Positions 1-12,755 of a stretch of DNA of 64,000 nucleotides are shown piece by piece. Below the pieces are notes generated by a model that saw nothing but the letters and a program-made list of their open reading frames with translations, did not search any database and was not told the origin of the DNA. Position 1 is the first letter of the stretch; the number at the start of each line of letters is the position of its first letter. Both the position numbers and the translations under genes were made by a program. Origin of the DNA: Psammoneis japonica (Eukaryota); contig QPGO01000029.1 in the NCBI GenBank assembly GCA_008632985.1, positions 446,874 through 510,873 on the forward strand. The letters are read 5' to 3'.

Positions 1-770
1 GATCAAACATGCCACCCTGTTGTTGCGGTCCCCCTCCACCAAATCCAACCATCCCACTCGATGGTCCCGCCGTTCCGAGTGCTTGTCCGGAAACCAAATT
101 CTGTCGCATTTGCGCAATCTTACCATCGGTAATTTTTTTGGCTTGAAGTTGCGCTTCCTTCTTGGCGGCATCCATCTTGCTCGCTTGCAAGGCGAGATGG
201 ACCTTTTCTTCGTGCGATTCCGCTTGCAAATTGGTATGAATCAACGATAAAGACGCTTCCTCCTTGTACCCACCCGCCGTCAAGACTTCGTCCATGGCAA
301 AAATCAAATCAAACGCCGCCTCGTGAATGGCGATTCGTGCAAATTGCCCGCCACGTCGGGAACGACTTTGCTAAAGTCGCAACGTGCCCAAATCTTGTAC
401 GATATTGGAAGCCTTGGTAGTAATGAGCAACAAATACATTTGTCCCTCGAGGGGTTGATAGACATAACGAACGGAATCCGTCTCGACAAAGGTGTGTTGC
501 TTGGCGTGTCCCACCAATTTGGGAAAGGCCGCGAGTAAACCCTCGACGCGAAGACGGTTCATTTCGACAAATTGACGAGACACCAACGGTTTGCCCGCGC
601 GGGTGCAAATCGAAGCCGATAAGACAGCCTGAGGGGTGAGTGGGTGAATTTATATGAGTGATGTGATGTACCGTATTATAGCAACAACAACATCAATAAC
701 AACAGTTTTCACAGCCACAGAGGCACACAAACAAGCCGTGTGTGACTGACGGCACAATGACGACGACCAT
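1..770 (-). CDS. ARCN1: Coatomer subunit delta (delta-COP), 5' part; gene continues beyond the window start
   Basis: ATG at 770, then an intron with acceptor before 628. The exon reads [66 protein letters not shown], the conserved delta-COP longin N-terminus. Apparent homopolymer frameshifts near 365-375. Confidence 0.9.
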
Positions 771-1376
771 CCCATCACTTGTATTTTCGTCTCGTTCGTT
801 CTGACAACCATCTAAATGAACTTCTTTTCAAATCAACAACATCAATGACAATACAACGCAACGAAAAAGCCTCACCATGGTTGTTTACACACAGCGACAG
901 CACCGACAGCAACAAGGATACTGTTTTTGCGGTGTGAATGTCCGCAATGTCCTTTTTTGTTTTTGGGCCGTGGTTTGTGGTTCTGTGCGTAGGATTTGTA
1001 TAGGATCGTACGCAACGGATGGTGAAGTACTGGGTAGATCGTAGAATCTTGTGCATGTAGAAAGGTACATAACTTTTGTACTGATTTTGCGTTATACGTT
1101 CAATGGACAGATTGAATTGATAAACCACGAAAATGGCCAGGAAAAATGGGTGAAAGTCACTCAGTTTTTTGTTTTCGGACTTTTCTATTATCGACTATAT
1201 TCAGATCTGTATGTATGTATAATACAAAATTTCAGAAATTACAAAAAATTCGAAAAAAGTGCTTCAAGATTTCCTGTAGATTCCTACAGAGATTTTGTAC
1301 CAAGCTCCTCTCCCCTTTTTATGGCGCGACCCAAGCAAAATCGTCTCACTTTTGTTGTCGCACAACAACAACAACC

Positions 1377-4300
1377 ATGTCGTCGTCAACTCTTATGGAC
1401 ATGGATCTCGACAAGGACGAGGATCATCCTCGTCGTCTCGTGTCGTTATCTCATCACATCTTGGCCTATGGAGGAGACAATGGCACCATTTCCATGCTTA
1501 CTTCTTCCAATAAATTCCAAACGGTGCGTCGGTTTGATGATGCGGTACGGGCCGTGGCCGTATCACACGACGCCAAACGAATTGCGGTGGGATTTGAGGA
1601 TGGATCGACCACCGTATTTTGTTATGATGACTATATCGACAAGACAGAGCCACACCCCTTTTGCTCTTCAACAAGCAATGACGACGATGACATTGCCGAC
1701 GCGTTTTTATCGCAACCCGACGACGAAACTCACGAAACATCCTTTCCGGGACCCCGTTTCGATTGTCCTGTACGGTGTTTGGAATTTGATCCACGCAATT
1801 ATCACTTGGCGATTGCATCCGAGTCAGGCTTTTGCATTGTGGATGCCACTTCTGCCCAAGCCTTGCAAGCCTTTGGCCGTCAACTTGCCGACGTGGGTGA
1901 TCAAGAACACGCATCGTGTGGTATACGAGGCTTGGCGTATACGACTACCACTGACAAGATGGTCTTGTTGTTTACACTGGACATGGACGGCCGTCTCTGT
2001 TCGTGGAATGTCACGGGAGACGATGTCGAAGTGGATTGGGAACTCCATCATCGCGATTTGACCAAGTGCATTCCCAAGCCCGATGTTGGTGAAATCAATG
2101 GTGCCGATCCCTACGATCGGTCGTGTTTGCCCATTTGTCAAGATAACAGATTGGCACTGCCGGGACGTGTCGATGTGCAATTGCGTTCTGGTGAATTTAA
2201 AGAATCGCGCATTTTGCCCAGTTTGCCCGAACAGGGTCATACCGATACGATTGTGGCGTGTGCCTTTTCGCCGCAGTCGGATTATTTGGTAACGAGTGGA
2301 CGGGACAGCCGTGTGGTGCTGTGGAAATTAAATGAGGTACGTATGATATATTGATATGCTTGTTGTTTGTGAAGATTGCTTGTAACATTGATTACATACA
2401 CACTCATTCTTTTTGATTGTTTTTCCAACGATGCTTTTACAGGATGATTCGAGCGAAAGCATTGGCAGCTTTGGACGAGAGATTGGTCAGTACAAGTCCA
2501 TTCCGACCTTTTTGAAATGGTGCACGGACGAAAACGACAAGCAAGTTCTCTACATTGCCTTTGCGGACAGCACTCTGGCGGTGGTTCCAAGCGACCAACT
2601 TGTAGCAAGTAGCAGCAGCTCGTCTTTGCAAGAAGCAGCAGAGAGTTCTACTGCTGTAGTCAACAAGAGAGGACGATACAGAGGCTGCCGTGCTTGCCGC
2701 AGTCAAGTCTCCTCAAAAGCGTCCAGAGGACACCTCAAGCGGCTCTCGAAAAAGTCCGGAGACAATCTCAGTGATGACGATTCCGACCAAGGTCTCGGAG
2801 GTGACGACGAGGAGACGTTGGATCACCAAGGAAAAGGCACGCGTGTCCTTTTTGGAGGACGAGGCACAAGAAGACAAGGAGAATGACAGTGTCGTAGAAA
2901 AGGACGACAATGTTGCTTTGGGCGATGACAAGAATGACGAGATGGTCATGAATGACGACGAAGATTTGGAGTTTGCCGTGCAAGACGATTATCAAGACAT
3001 CACGGCGACTTTCATCGTCTCGTTACGTCACCAACAACCGGCTACGAACCCCAACCCGCCTTTGCTCCGTCTTCCACTCCCCTTGGTTTGAGCCGGCGAA
3101 TCTTGTGTTGGAACCACATTGGAGCCGCCACTCTCTTTTCCAATCAAGATGGCCTTTCGCACAATGCCATTGATATCGACTTTACCAATGTCGCGGCACG
3201 CCGGCCCATTAGCTTTACCGACAACATGAACTTTATTCTCGGATCGCTCGGAGAAGACGGGCCGTGTTTTGTACCGATCTCAAAGACGACGAAGACGATA
3301 TGGATAATGATGGAGAAGACTTGGATGGCCTTCACATGTCGGAGGGACCAAGAGCGCTGTCCGGCGCAGTCAGCGCAAGCGATTAAAGGGCGACAATGGC
3401 AATGGGTCGAGCGTGTATTTTTATCGGTACGAAACCTTTGGTGCGCTCAAAGACAAGGATTGGTACCTGACTCTGCCGGACGGAGAGCTGGCCATGGGCT
3501 GTGCCTGTGGCGAAGGTTGGGCGGCTGTCATGACAAGGTGAGTGGCGCGTGTGTACTGTTGATGGCGGTCGATTAGTTTATCAGTACGAATCCTTACCAA
3601 AATACATTTACTGTTCTGTATATTTGCAGCCGTCGCTTTTTGCGCCTCTTTAGTTCCGGTGGAAACCAAGGCGACGTGATTTGGCTCAAGGGAGAACCCG
3701 TGACGATTGTTGGCCGTTCTCGTTTTGTAGCAGTCTTTTACCACGACGGTACTCCGCTCCCGGATGGCACTCAAAAACTGGGCTACTTGTTGCTGGACGC
3801 GGTCGCCAACCGCACCATTGCCACGGGTCCCGTGTCTTGCGTAAGCTCGGGGGCGTCCCTCTCGTGGGCTGGTTTTGGTGACGACTTTTCACTCTCCGCC
3901 ATGGATTCCGATGGCATGCTTTCGACGCTGGTTTGCAAGCCATCCAGTCACGGCGATCCGGCCAGTATGGAGGTTGGTTCGTCGGATTCTTCCTATTCTT
4001 GGCTCTGGCAGCCAATGCTTGACACGGTGGGACGCAAAAAGTCGGCGGATGAAAACTTTTGGCCCGTCACGATTCAGGCTGGAAAGTTTGTGTGTGTTCC
4101 TCTCAAGGGTGGGAACGAGCATCCTGAAGCCGCACGACGCCCCGTCACGCACGCCATGAGCTTGCGCATGCCACTGGCGAGGGCAACGTTGGACAAAAGG
4201 TAAGGGCTGTTGCTGGATTTGCTGGATTTGCTGGCAAGCTTGGAGAAAGGATCATGTAATACTGACCCTTTGTGTACCCTTCGTCACACGCAGTACCCCG

Positions 4301-5073
4301 CTGGAGGAATTGGTGCTTCGTGCTGCTACCGCGTTGAACCAGAAACGCTTCTTGAACGAGATCACAGGCGACGTCGAAGACGAGGATGTCCAAGCTGAGT
4401 ACGCTGCATTGTGTGGCCAAGTGGTGAGTCGCTGAATGATCTGGCAAATTCAATTATTGCACTGAAAGTAGGTACCTTCTGACGCTATTCTTACTTGCGC
4501 CGTCAACAGGACAAGGTGACGCTAAAGCTATTTATAGCCACCGTCAAGGCTGGAAAGCTGGAACGCGCGTTGGACCTTGTCGACAGGCTGCATTTGGAAA
4601 AGAGCTTTGAAATCGCTATGAAAGTTGCCGACACATGCAACCACCGTAACCTCAGTGATCGCATTGTGGATGTTCAGGAGCGCAAGTTTGCCGCCCCCAT
4701 CCAAAGCAGCGACGAGTCCATGGGTGACACTCAGTCGGCTGTGGATTACAATCGTTCGACGCCGTCTTCGCCCTACGCGGAGTCCCTTGGCTCCACACGG
4801 ATTAGTCCCGAGAATCCGAGAAAGCGTTCTTTGGGGGACGCGTACGATAGCGATGCCGAATCGCCGAGCGTAAACCAAAAGATGGAACGCAAGAGAACTT
4901 CGGGGCCAAGCAATCCCTTTTCCAAGACGCGCATTGAGAGCCCGGCTACGCCGACCCGTAACTCGTATTTGTCGGTCACCGGCAAAAGTCCGTCCAAGAT
5001 GTCTCTCTCGAGGTCGTCCACCTTCAGTCTTCAATCTCGCCACGATAGCAAGCTATCCAAACGCATTATCTGA
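1377..5073 (+). CDS. WDHD1: CTF4/AND-1/Mcl1 (WD40 plus SepB domain) replisome factor, multi-exon
   Basis: N-terminal WD40 repeats (GHTDTIVACAFSPQSDYLVTSGRDSRVVLW). SepB-type motifs RRILCWNHIG, DWYLTLPDGE..GEGWAAV..RFLRLFSSGGNQ and DKVTLKLF..GKLERALDL. GT-AG introns, with several apparent frameshifts at 2650-3400. Confidence 0.88.
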
Positions 5074-5230
5074 GTGGGCCGATGATGCCGTCTTTGTTTC
5101 TAGTTCAATGTTTGTTGTAGCATGAGTTTGACTTCCAATTCTAAGTAGTAGGTAAGTAGGAGCTGTCAGCTTGTATTGTTTGAAAACAGAACGTACTGTA
5201 CTATTGATGAAGTGATCCTCTCGGAGTTCG

Positions 5231-8200
5231 CTACGGTGATCCAACATCTGATAACTCCGTCGACGCTTCGATTTCTGCTTTTTCTTCTTGCACATCTGAA
5301 AGTTTTGAATTTTGAACCTCCTCATTGACATCACGGATTTTCCGTTCCACCTGACCTTTCTCAGAAAACAATGGGGCCGTCGATGGCGCCTTGGGTGGCG
5401 TAGGATCTAGCTGCGTGCATTCATCAAAGAAGGCGACAAATCTATCAGCGTAAACATCTGGATGGACACAGCTCGCTTCCGGCCATTCAGAAGTAAACAA
5501 ATCCATAGAAGAATAACTGGGGGGAGGATGGCAACCGGTACTTTGATATTTCCGGAATGACGCTTCAACCTTCTTCCTCGATGAGTACTGCTGTAGAATG
5601 TCGATTATCCCCATGTAGAAGATTTTGCCTTCGCACATCATTGTAGATCCATTCGGGAGTTTTGCTTCAAAGGGAGTCTTCATGCCTTCCACATCCATCA
5701 TCCACCCTCCGTCCTTACGCCTCGACAGAGGTGGCACAAAGGGTGCGACTCCCCACTTATCTAGAACCTCCTTGCCTCCTGCGCACGCGCACTCGACACT
5801 CATACACTGCGAGCACCGCCTCGGGACCATAAGACGCCTACCGTGGATATCGTAAAAGCGATGATAAGGCCAGAACATTTGCTGAGTTGTGATTTCCTTC
5901 TTGAGCTCAATCTCTTCAATCCTTGTGGACAAGTTGGATTCGTCAGCGCATCCGGGGAACAAGTGCGGAGGGTGCCCAGCGATATTCTTGTCTTTGGTCA
6001 CGTGATAGTTCGACGGTGCCGTTACACTTGTCAGCTCGGGGGGAGGCTTTGTTGTGGCCGCATTGGCGAATTCGAGGTAGCTATTCTCGTCGTCTTCATC
6101 AAAGACGAAATCCAGAGTGTGCATGGACGCTGCATCGCTTAACATACCAAAGTCTGAACCAACGGATGCATTTGACGGGCCGGTCGTATGGGAACCTTTC
6201 CGCAAAGACTTCGTGGATTTTTGTACAGGTGTACTCATCCCAGATGCTCCGAGCGGGTGTTCGTGATCCTTACTACCGGCAGAGTGCAGGGCTTTGTCAG
6301 ACGCATTCGAATGCTCCACGGCTCGCTTTGCAACTCCCTTCGAGTCCTCGGCATGCAGAAACCTCCCGCTTCTCTTTCTGCCAGACGCGGACCCAGGAGT
6401 ATCGCGAAAAATGCCACGGGGGCCAGGCTCAACACCGAATTTCGGTTTCGGAGGAATGTAATGGACGCCAACGAGCATCGAATAGTCCATGATTTGCATC
6501 TTCTTGAAAAACTCGCAATCGCGAACGACCTGCTCCCTCAGGCGGGTGCGAACCTCAGGTTTCAATGCAATCACAGAATCTGGCCTTCCTTTTCTGAAAT
6601 CATTGTCCTTCTTCACGTCCTGATGCGGTTTCGCATCTCTACCCAACACTGAGCCTTTGAGGTCGTACAAGGACTTGATTACTTTGTCCGTGTCAAATAC
6701 CGAGTTCATAATGACAAACTTGACATTGCGGCGGAGGTGATAGAGCTTCACTCGATACATTCCGAGAAACTTGGTAATGAGAGTGTTTGGGTTTTGCGCG
6801 CAGTGTCGGTAGTAATGTGGAAGAACTTAGAGTGAAAAGGGCAACAGAGGTGAGGAAAACGTAGCCGCATGCGGGACGAATGCACCATTGCTGGACTCAC
6901 TTTGACGCAAGAACTTGCTCTCGGCATTGGTCATCGTCTTGATCATGTATTTTCCGTCATACGAGTAGAAGAAGAACTGACCGCTCTTTGCATTCGAAAT
7001 GAATTCAATAAAGTTAGCATTCCCGCATACAGATAGCAAGAACTCAAACTCATTGATTCCAAACATGCGACGAAGATAGGCAAAAATCACAGGCGAATAA
7101 TCCTTGAACTTGAAGGTGTGGGAAAGCTGGTGGGGCGGCGTGCGTGGTCCTCCCTATGAAACCAAATGCAGAAAGACACACAAGTGAGTCAACCAGATCG
7201 TTCTCAAGCAAAACAACTCAAACCGCCACTCGTTTGACACATACTTTCGGTCTGAATATGTACTTTTCCGCGTGCGTGAAATCTCGGTTTTCAATCGGCT
7301 TTCGCTTTTCCACGGAATCGTCCATTAGCTTGTTCGTCATGCCAATTGACGTTCGTAGGCCCAGCATAACTGCAATCGACAATGTGTATAACTCATGCTG
7401 GCCATCAATTACCTGAAGGTTTACACAAGGTGGGCAAAGAAGGACGACACGCGTGAAAAGATACCAAAGAGTGACCATGGAGCGGACTGCGGGTGTGCTT
7501 CTTACCTTTCCTTTCACGTACGACTTGCGGTGTTCCTTTTTCTTCTTCGCCTTGCGTCGCTTCCACGCCATAAACTGGGGGCCTGAAAAGGAAAACGAAA
7601 AAGAAGAGCTGTTTGAGAAAGCGTGCCTTTTGTTCTATAGAGTACGTCAACCTTAGACTTACCAATATGTAGCTTATGATGGTGGTGATAATGATCATCA
7701 TCATCATGTTCATGAGTGGTGTGAACCTCGGTTGGGATTCCTTCTGTAGCTGCAAAAGACACGTGTTCCTTTTCCGCGACACCTCCAAGTGGCGAATCAT
7801 GCTTTTTCGGTCGCCGTGTATCGGTCGGCAACCCCGCGGCATTTTCACCGCCTAGCGCAGGCGGAGCAGACTGGATACGGTTTTCATTGTTTTCAACATG
7901 CGGTTCCGAGTCAATCGATGAAATCTCATCATCCTCTTCCTCTAGAGAATAAATGTTGGGCAAGCTGCCTCCGACAATTACAGAATTGTCCGCCCCACGA
8001 AAGGGCGGTGCACGGGGCGGCTTGCCCCTCGTGTGACCACTCTTGCCAATCAATGCCGCTCGCTTGACAAAACGTCGAATGTTCTGTGCCTTGATGCGCC
8101 GAGCAAACTTGGAAACATTCGATACATGTACGTTAGCATTTGCTCGAAGTGCTGCCGCGGCGGGAGTGTCGTCGTCCACGTTGGGGTTGCTGAGCGCGTC

Positions 8201-8875
8201 TAGTAATTCTGGCGAAATACCTGCTTCCGTATCGATGCGGTCTAACCGTTCTGATCCCTCGAGAACACCGGCTGAAGCGGACGAGGGCATTCCAAAGTCC
8301 AAGTGAGCATCAGAATCGTCAAGTTCAAGGTCGAGAGCGGCCAGGTCCACATCGTCCATGGAATGTGAACGTAGTCGAACCGTTTTGGGCAATGGCCCCG
8401 GAAAGCTGCTTGGAAGCGGTGGTTTTCCGAGCGGATGGTTTGGTGGCGGAGGCGGCGGAGGCTTATTCAAGGAGCTTGATGAGCCTTCCTGACTGCCTTC
8501 GTCCTTATCTGTACGTAGCTCGGATCGGCCTCTGGGTGATGTTGGCGGTGTCTCTGCGTTGCTGTCGATCTCCTCGACTTGTCCTTCTACACCACTGCTG
8601 TAGTCAATGCCGTTCATACCGGCGTTTGCGGAAACACTGTTCTCTGTCGTCTCTAAATCAGTTGCTGGATTGATATCGTCAACACCATTTCCTGTAGTAA
8701 CTTCCTCATTTTTCCCTTCTACCACCTTTGAACCGTTCATACCGGCAACGCCTTCTCCGTTGATAGGTTGGGCAGATTTCAAATTCTCCTCGATTTTTTC
8801 AAACCGCAGCAACTGCACCGGCTGTGCGTCCTTTTCTGTACCGATCGAATCCGCTCGTTTTACTATTCCAATCAC
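5231..8875 (-). CDS. Phosphatidylinositol-4-phosphate 5-kinase, multi-exon; start uncertain (first in-frame ATG at 8740)
   Basis: PIP5K motifs FKFKDYSPVIFAYLRRMFGI, AKSGQFFFYSYDGKYMIKT, YDLKGS, IMDYSMLVGVH, YMGIIDILQQY and SCVHPDVYADRF. Long low-complexity N-terminus. Confidence 0.92.
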
Positions 8876-9474
8876 TTAATCGTGTTTCTCTGACGCTCTG
8901 CAATGTGATATCAACGTTGCTCCGACCCAAAAGCAGAGGGTAAGGAACGCAATCGTCGGTGTGTTGATGACGACTCGCTCCGTCGCGGTGATTCGTTGCT
9001 GAAGCGCGAAGCAAGCAAGCAAGCACGATCGGAAATGCAGGCGTCTGGCAGTCGTTGAAATGAACGAAAAATGACTAAAAAAGTGTGAAATGCTGCAGTC
9101 TTGCGAAATCGTGCGATTGACAGACATTAGATGGGCGTGCCGGTACGTACACGTCTTTTTTTTCTCGCTTGCTACCCGATACAAAAAGTCTGGAATATCA
9201 TTCCTGCGTAGAATTTGTACCAGAAAAGCCAATAAAGTCTGGAATAGCGGGATTTTTCGTGTTTTTCTGGATATTCCTGGTACTGACTCTACACCAGATT
9301 CTACGTGTTTTTTGTCAAAATCGGATATTCCAGACTTTTTTGACCACCCTGGTACTGATTCTACGACGGTTTCTACGCAGTTCAATATTCCAGACTTCTT
9401 GTGCAGGGTAGCTTGGTCCTTCTTGTCGTTCATGATGTTGTTGCGTTTGTAGCTTCTATCTGCAGTACCGTAAA

Positions 9475-9518
9475 CTCTCTCTCTCTCTCTCTCTCTAGAG
9501 AGAGAGAGAGAGAGAGAG
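9475..9518. repeat. (CT)11(AG)11 self-complementary microsatellite
   Basis: CT run 9475-9496 is immediately followed by an AG run 9497-9518, forming a 44-bp perfect palindrome. Confidence 0.9.
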
Positions 9519-9994
9519 AAAACACAAAACAGAAGAGAAAAGCCATTTTGTTTCAGTGAAACCGTCGTGAAAGTATGCTAGCTTCTACCCATACTTGAGA
9601 AAAAAACAAAAACCTAATTTAGAGTGCTGAGAGGACAGTACTGCTGCAAGAGCAACACAAATACGCAACAGAGAAGCTACCGGTAGAGAAGTCTGTTTGA
9701 CAATGAAGCATTTTATATTCTTTATTTATATATCAAGGAGAACAACTTATTGTTCTCACGTATCAATTTGAAATGCAAAAGAGGCAACATGTATGACCCC
9801 CTTTTAAAAATGTCGTGTCCTTTCCAATAATATTTTTCTTTTTCTTAATTTTTTTCTTCAATATGTTGCGAGATACACACACACACACCATGCAAGCCCC
9901 GCAATTGGTAATGTGCATATATACGCATGACAAAACGAAAATGCCCAAGGACCATAGGGGGGACACAAGCGTGCGCAACAAACTTGCCCCTCGT

Positions 9995-11714
9995 TTAGCC
10001 AAGAGCCGGAAGAGATCCCGAGCTTTCGCCCGTGTTTCCAAGCAACGCGGAAACAAACGCGTGCTCTTCCATGGGGGTATCAAAGACATCCAAGTCTTCT
10101 CCCATGCCTTCGGCGGACGCTTCCGTCAGCTGACTTGACGAAGTCACTTGCTTCTTCAAGAGAGACTGGTCGGATCCAGTCGAAAAGAGCGATGGCAGCG
10201 GCGGGACGCCAGAAGAGTCTTGGGTGGCAAAGCTCGTCACGGACGAGGTCTGCGCCAGGGCCGTCGTAGATGGAGTTGTGTTCTTCTCCAGGGAGCTGGC
10301 AAGTGGCAGCTGTGGCGCCGCGTCGGCCTTGGGAGGAGGAACCTCTGTTGAAACGGTCGCGGGCGCCGGTGCATTGTACACTTCGTTCAAGTCACCCGTG
10401 TCGGTGAGCCAATCGAGACCATCTGCGACGTCCAAAAGACAGTCCACGTCGGCACCCTTGCCATACCATGTCGGCATGTCCTTGGCATCGGTCCAGGTGG
10501 AGAGCAACGCCGTGTCGGCAACACCTGTGGGGCTGATTTCGCCTCCAGTGGTAGCTTGAGTGTTGGACGGAATCTCTGTCGGTACCGTGATGGGGTTTGC
10601 TCCCGCTTGACGAGCAACGTCATTGACTTGCACAGCCAATGGATCCGAGACTGGAGCAGGAGTCAAAAAGCGGAATCTGCATTGGATTGAACGAGCAAAA
10701 GCGAGGAGTTGTTAGGATGAATATGGCTAAGGTATGCACTGCAGTAAGAGTCGACCGGTAAACTTACAGAGACTCCTCGAGTGCTGCTCCAGAAACAACG
10801 CCGTGCGCTGTCGTAATGGAAGGGATCGTCGAAGTCTTGGAACCGGCTTCTGGCATGACAAAGGGTGCAAGTGCCGGTGCCACCGCCGGTAGAGGAGGCT
10901 TCGGGTTGGCAACACCAGCGGCCGCTTGAGCAGCAGCCATTTTCTTGCCTTGCCTCTGCGCACTGGAAACCACAGAAGAAATTGCCTTTCGCTTTGTCCC
11001 CGTCGTTTGCCGTCTTCGCTTCATTTGCGCACCACCCGAACCACCAACCGCAGAAACCGACGTTGTTCCTCCTCGGCCTTCCATGGCAACATCACCTTCT
11101 TCTCCGTTTTGTCTTGCCTTGGCAAGCTTTTGAAAGTACTTTTGAGCGTGCGTTCGAATCTGTACCACGGTACGGGACTTGATGAGCGACGCAATCTTTT
11201 TCCACCCCTTGCCGTGTTGCTCGAGACCCTGAAGGAACAAGCGGTGTTCCTCGGCGGTCCAGCGACCCGTGTTTTCGCCCTGCGCGCCTTGTGATCCCGA
11301 GGCTGCCGACGGAGCAGTCGCCATGGTGACTGTAGTAGGAGCGCCCTTTTTCTTTTTTGACTTGCTGCTACTCGACTTGGAGGTGGTGGTAGCAGCGGCG
11401 GTAGCGGCTGCAGCCGCGGCGGCGGCCGCAGCAGCTGTTTGAACAGCCGAAGCTGGTGCCGCCGGAGGTGCAGCCGCAACAGCCAGTCCTGGTTTCGGTG
11501 CGGCAACTGGAGCAGCCATGAGCGGTATCTCTGCAGAAGGAGCAGCTGCAATAGGATCTGATACTGCAGGAACAAGAGTTGTCGGGACTGTAGCTGGTTT
11601 GCTGTTGGCAGTAACAGCAACCAGTTCAGGCGCGACCGCTTCTGGTGCAACTGGTGCTTGAATAACTGGAGCAGCAGGAGCTTGAGTTGGAAGACTGACG
11701 GCTGGGTTTGACAT
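9995..11714 (-). CDS. Single-repeat MYB transcription factor, SHAQKYF class (2 coding exons)
   Basis: TGRWTAEEHRLFLQGLEQHGKGWKKIASLIKSRTVVQIRTHAQKYFQKL. Intron ~10677-10765. The second exon is ORF 9995..10666. Confidence 0.92.
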
Positions 11715-12755
11715 GGTGAAATGACTGATATTATGGGTCATTGGTGAGAAAGAGAAGCCCGAAAATTGTGAGAAAACACACTCGACTAGAATGCATCGCC
11801 AACATTTTTTTTCCACCGCCCAACACGAACCCTCTGAGTGGTCGGTAAGTCATGTTTCTTTTGTTCTTGCTCCAGTCGTCAAAAATCAACAGATTTTCTC
11901 GGTAAAGCCTGTCACTGGGTGTGATTGATCCATAAAGGACATGTCTGAACTCATAGGCCGCTTACCTTGTGTCTAAGGAGACTATTGTAAAGGAATTGAA
12001 TCGATAACAAACAACAATGTGACGAGGTGGGGCGATGGCGACCTTCTCTCTCTCCCCACATTTGTTTCGTGCCCCACGTAGGAGTCAGTAGCAAAGCCAC
12101 TTACGCAGGTTTTGAACGGGCAAACAGCCTGGACCAAACGACTTCGGCCGTTTGAATGTGAGTTTACTTATGGGTGCGACCGATTTAGTGGTGAAGGGCC
12201 ATAATGAAAGGCAACGTGCGTAGAACACTGTAGATTTGTACGAGGAACGTTGAAGGGGAGAACGGCATCGGCGGTCTATTATTTGTATACAAACCGTAAT
12301 AAAATTATCTTCAGTTTTTTCTTTCTAGCGACTGTAGTTGAATCATGTAAACGCCATTTCAAAAACCTCTAAGCATGAATAATGTGACACGTTCAAATTT
12401 TCTTAGAGTGACGTGGATGTCTTGCGATCGTTAAGTAAAATCTATGGACAGCTGGCGGTGTCAGAACTTTTTTGTCTTATCTACACAGCTTCTGTACCAA
12501 CTGTGCGTGGGGTTAACAGGTTCGCTCGTAATATAAATAACCCGGAGCAATATGTAAAAGCACAGACGCCGATCATCAACAACTGCGCGCCAAAACGGGG
12601 AACAGAAATCGAGGCATCGCAATGGCTGTGTTCAGTGTGCGTTGAGAACGATCGTATCATCACAGCGGCAGCGACAATTTCGTTGAGACGCTAGCCCTTG
12701 ACACTGTTGAAGCAACTAGGTGTCGTTGTAAAGAAAAGCAACCGCGTCCGTGGCA

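Noticed and set aside
8876..9433. 185-aa ORF with internal repeats upstream of PIP5K
   Set aside because: Reflects the short DNA repeats in the promoter region; no protein-like features.
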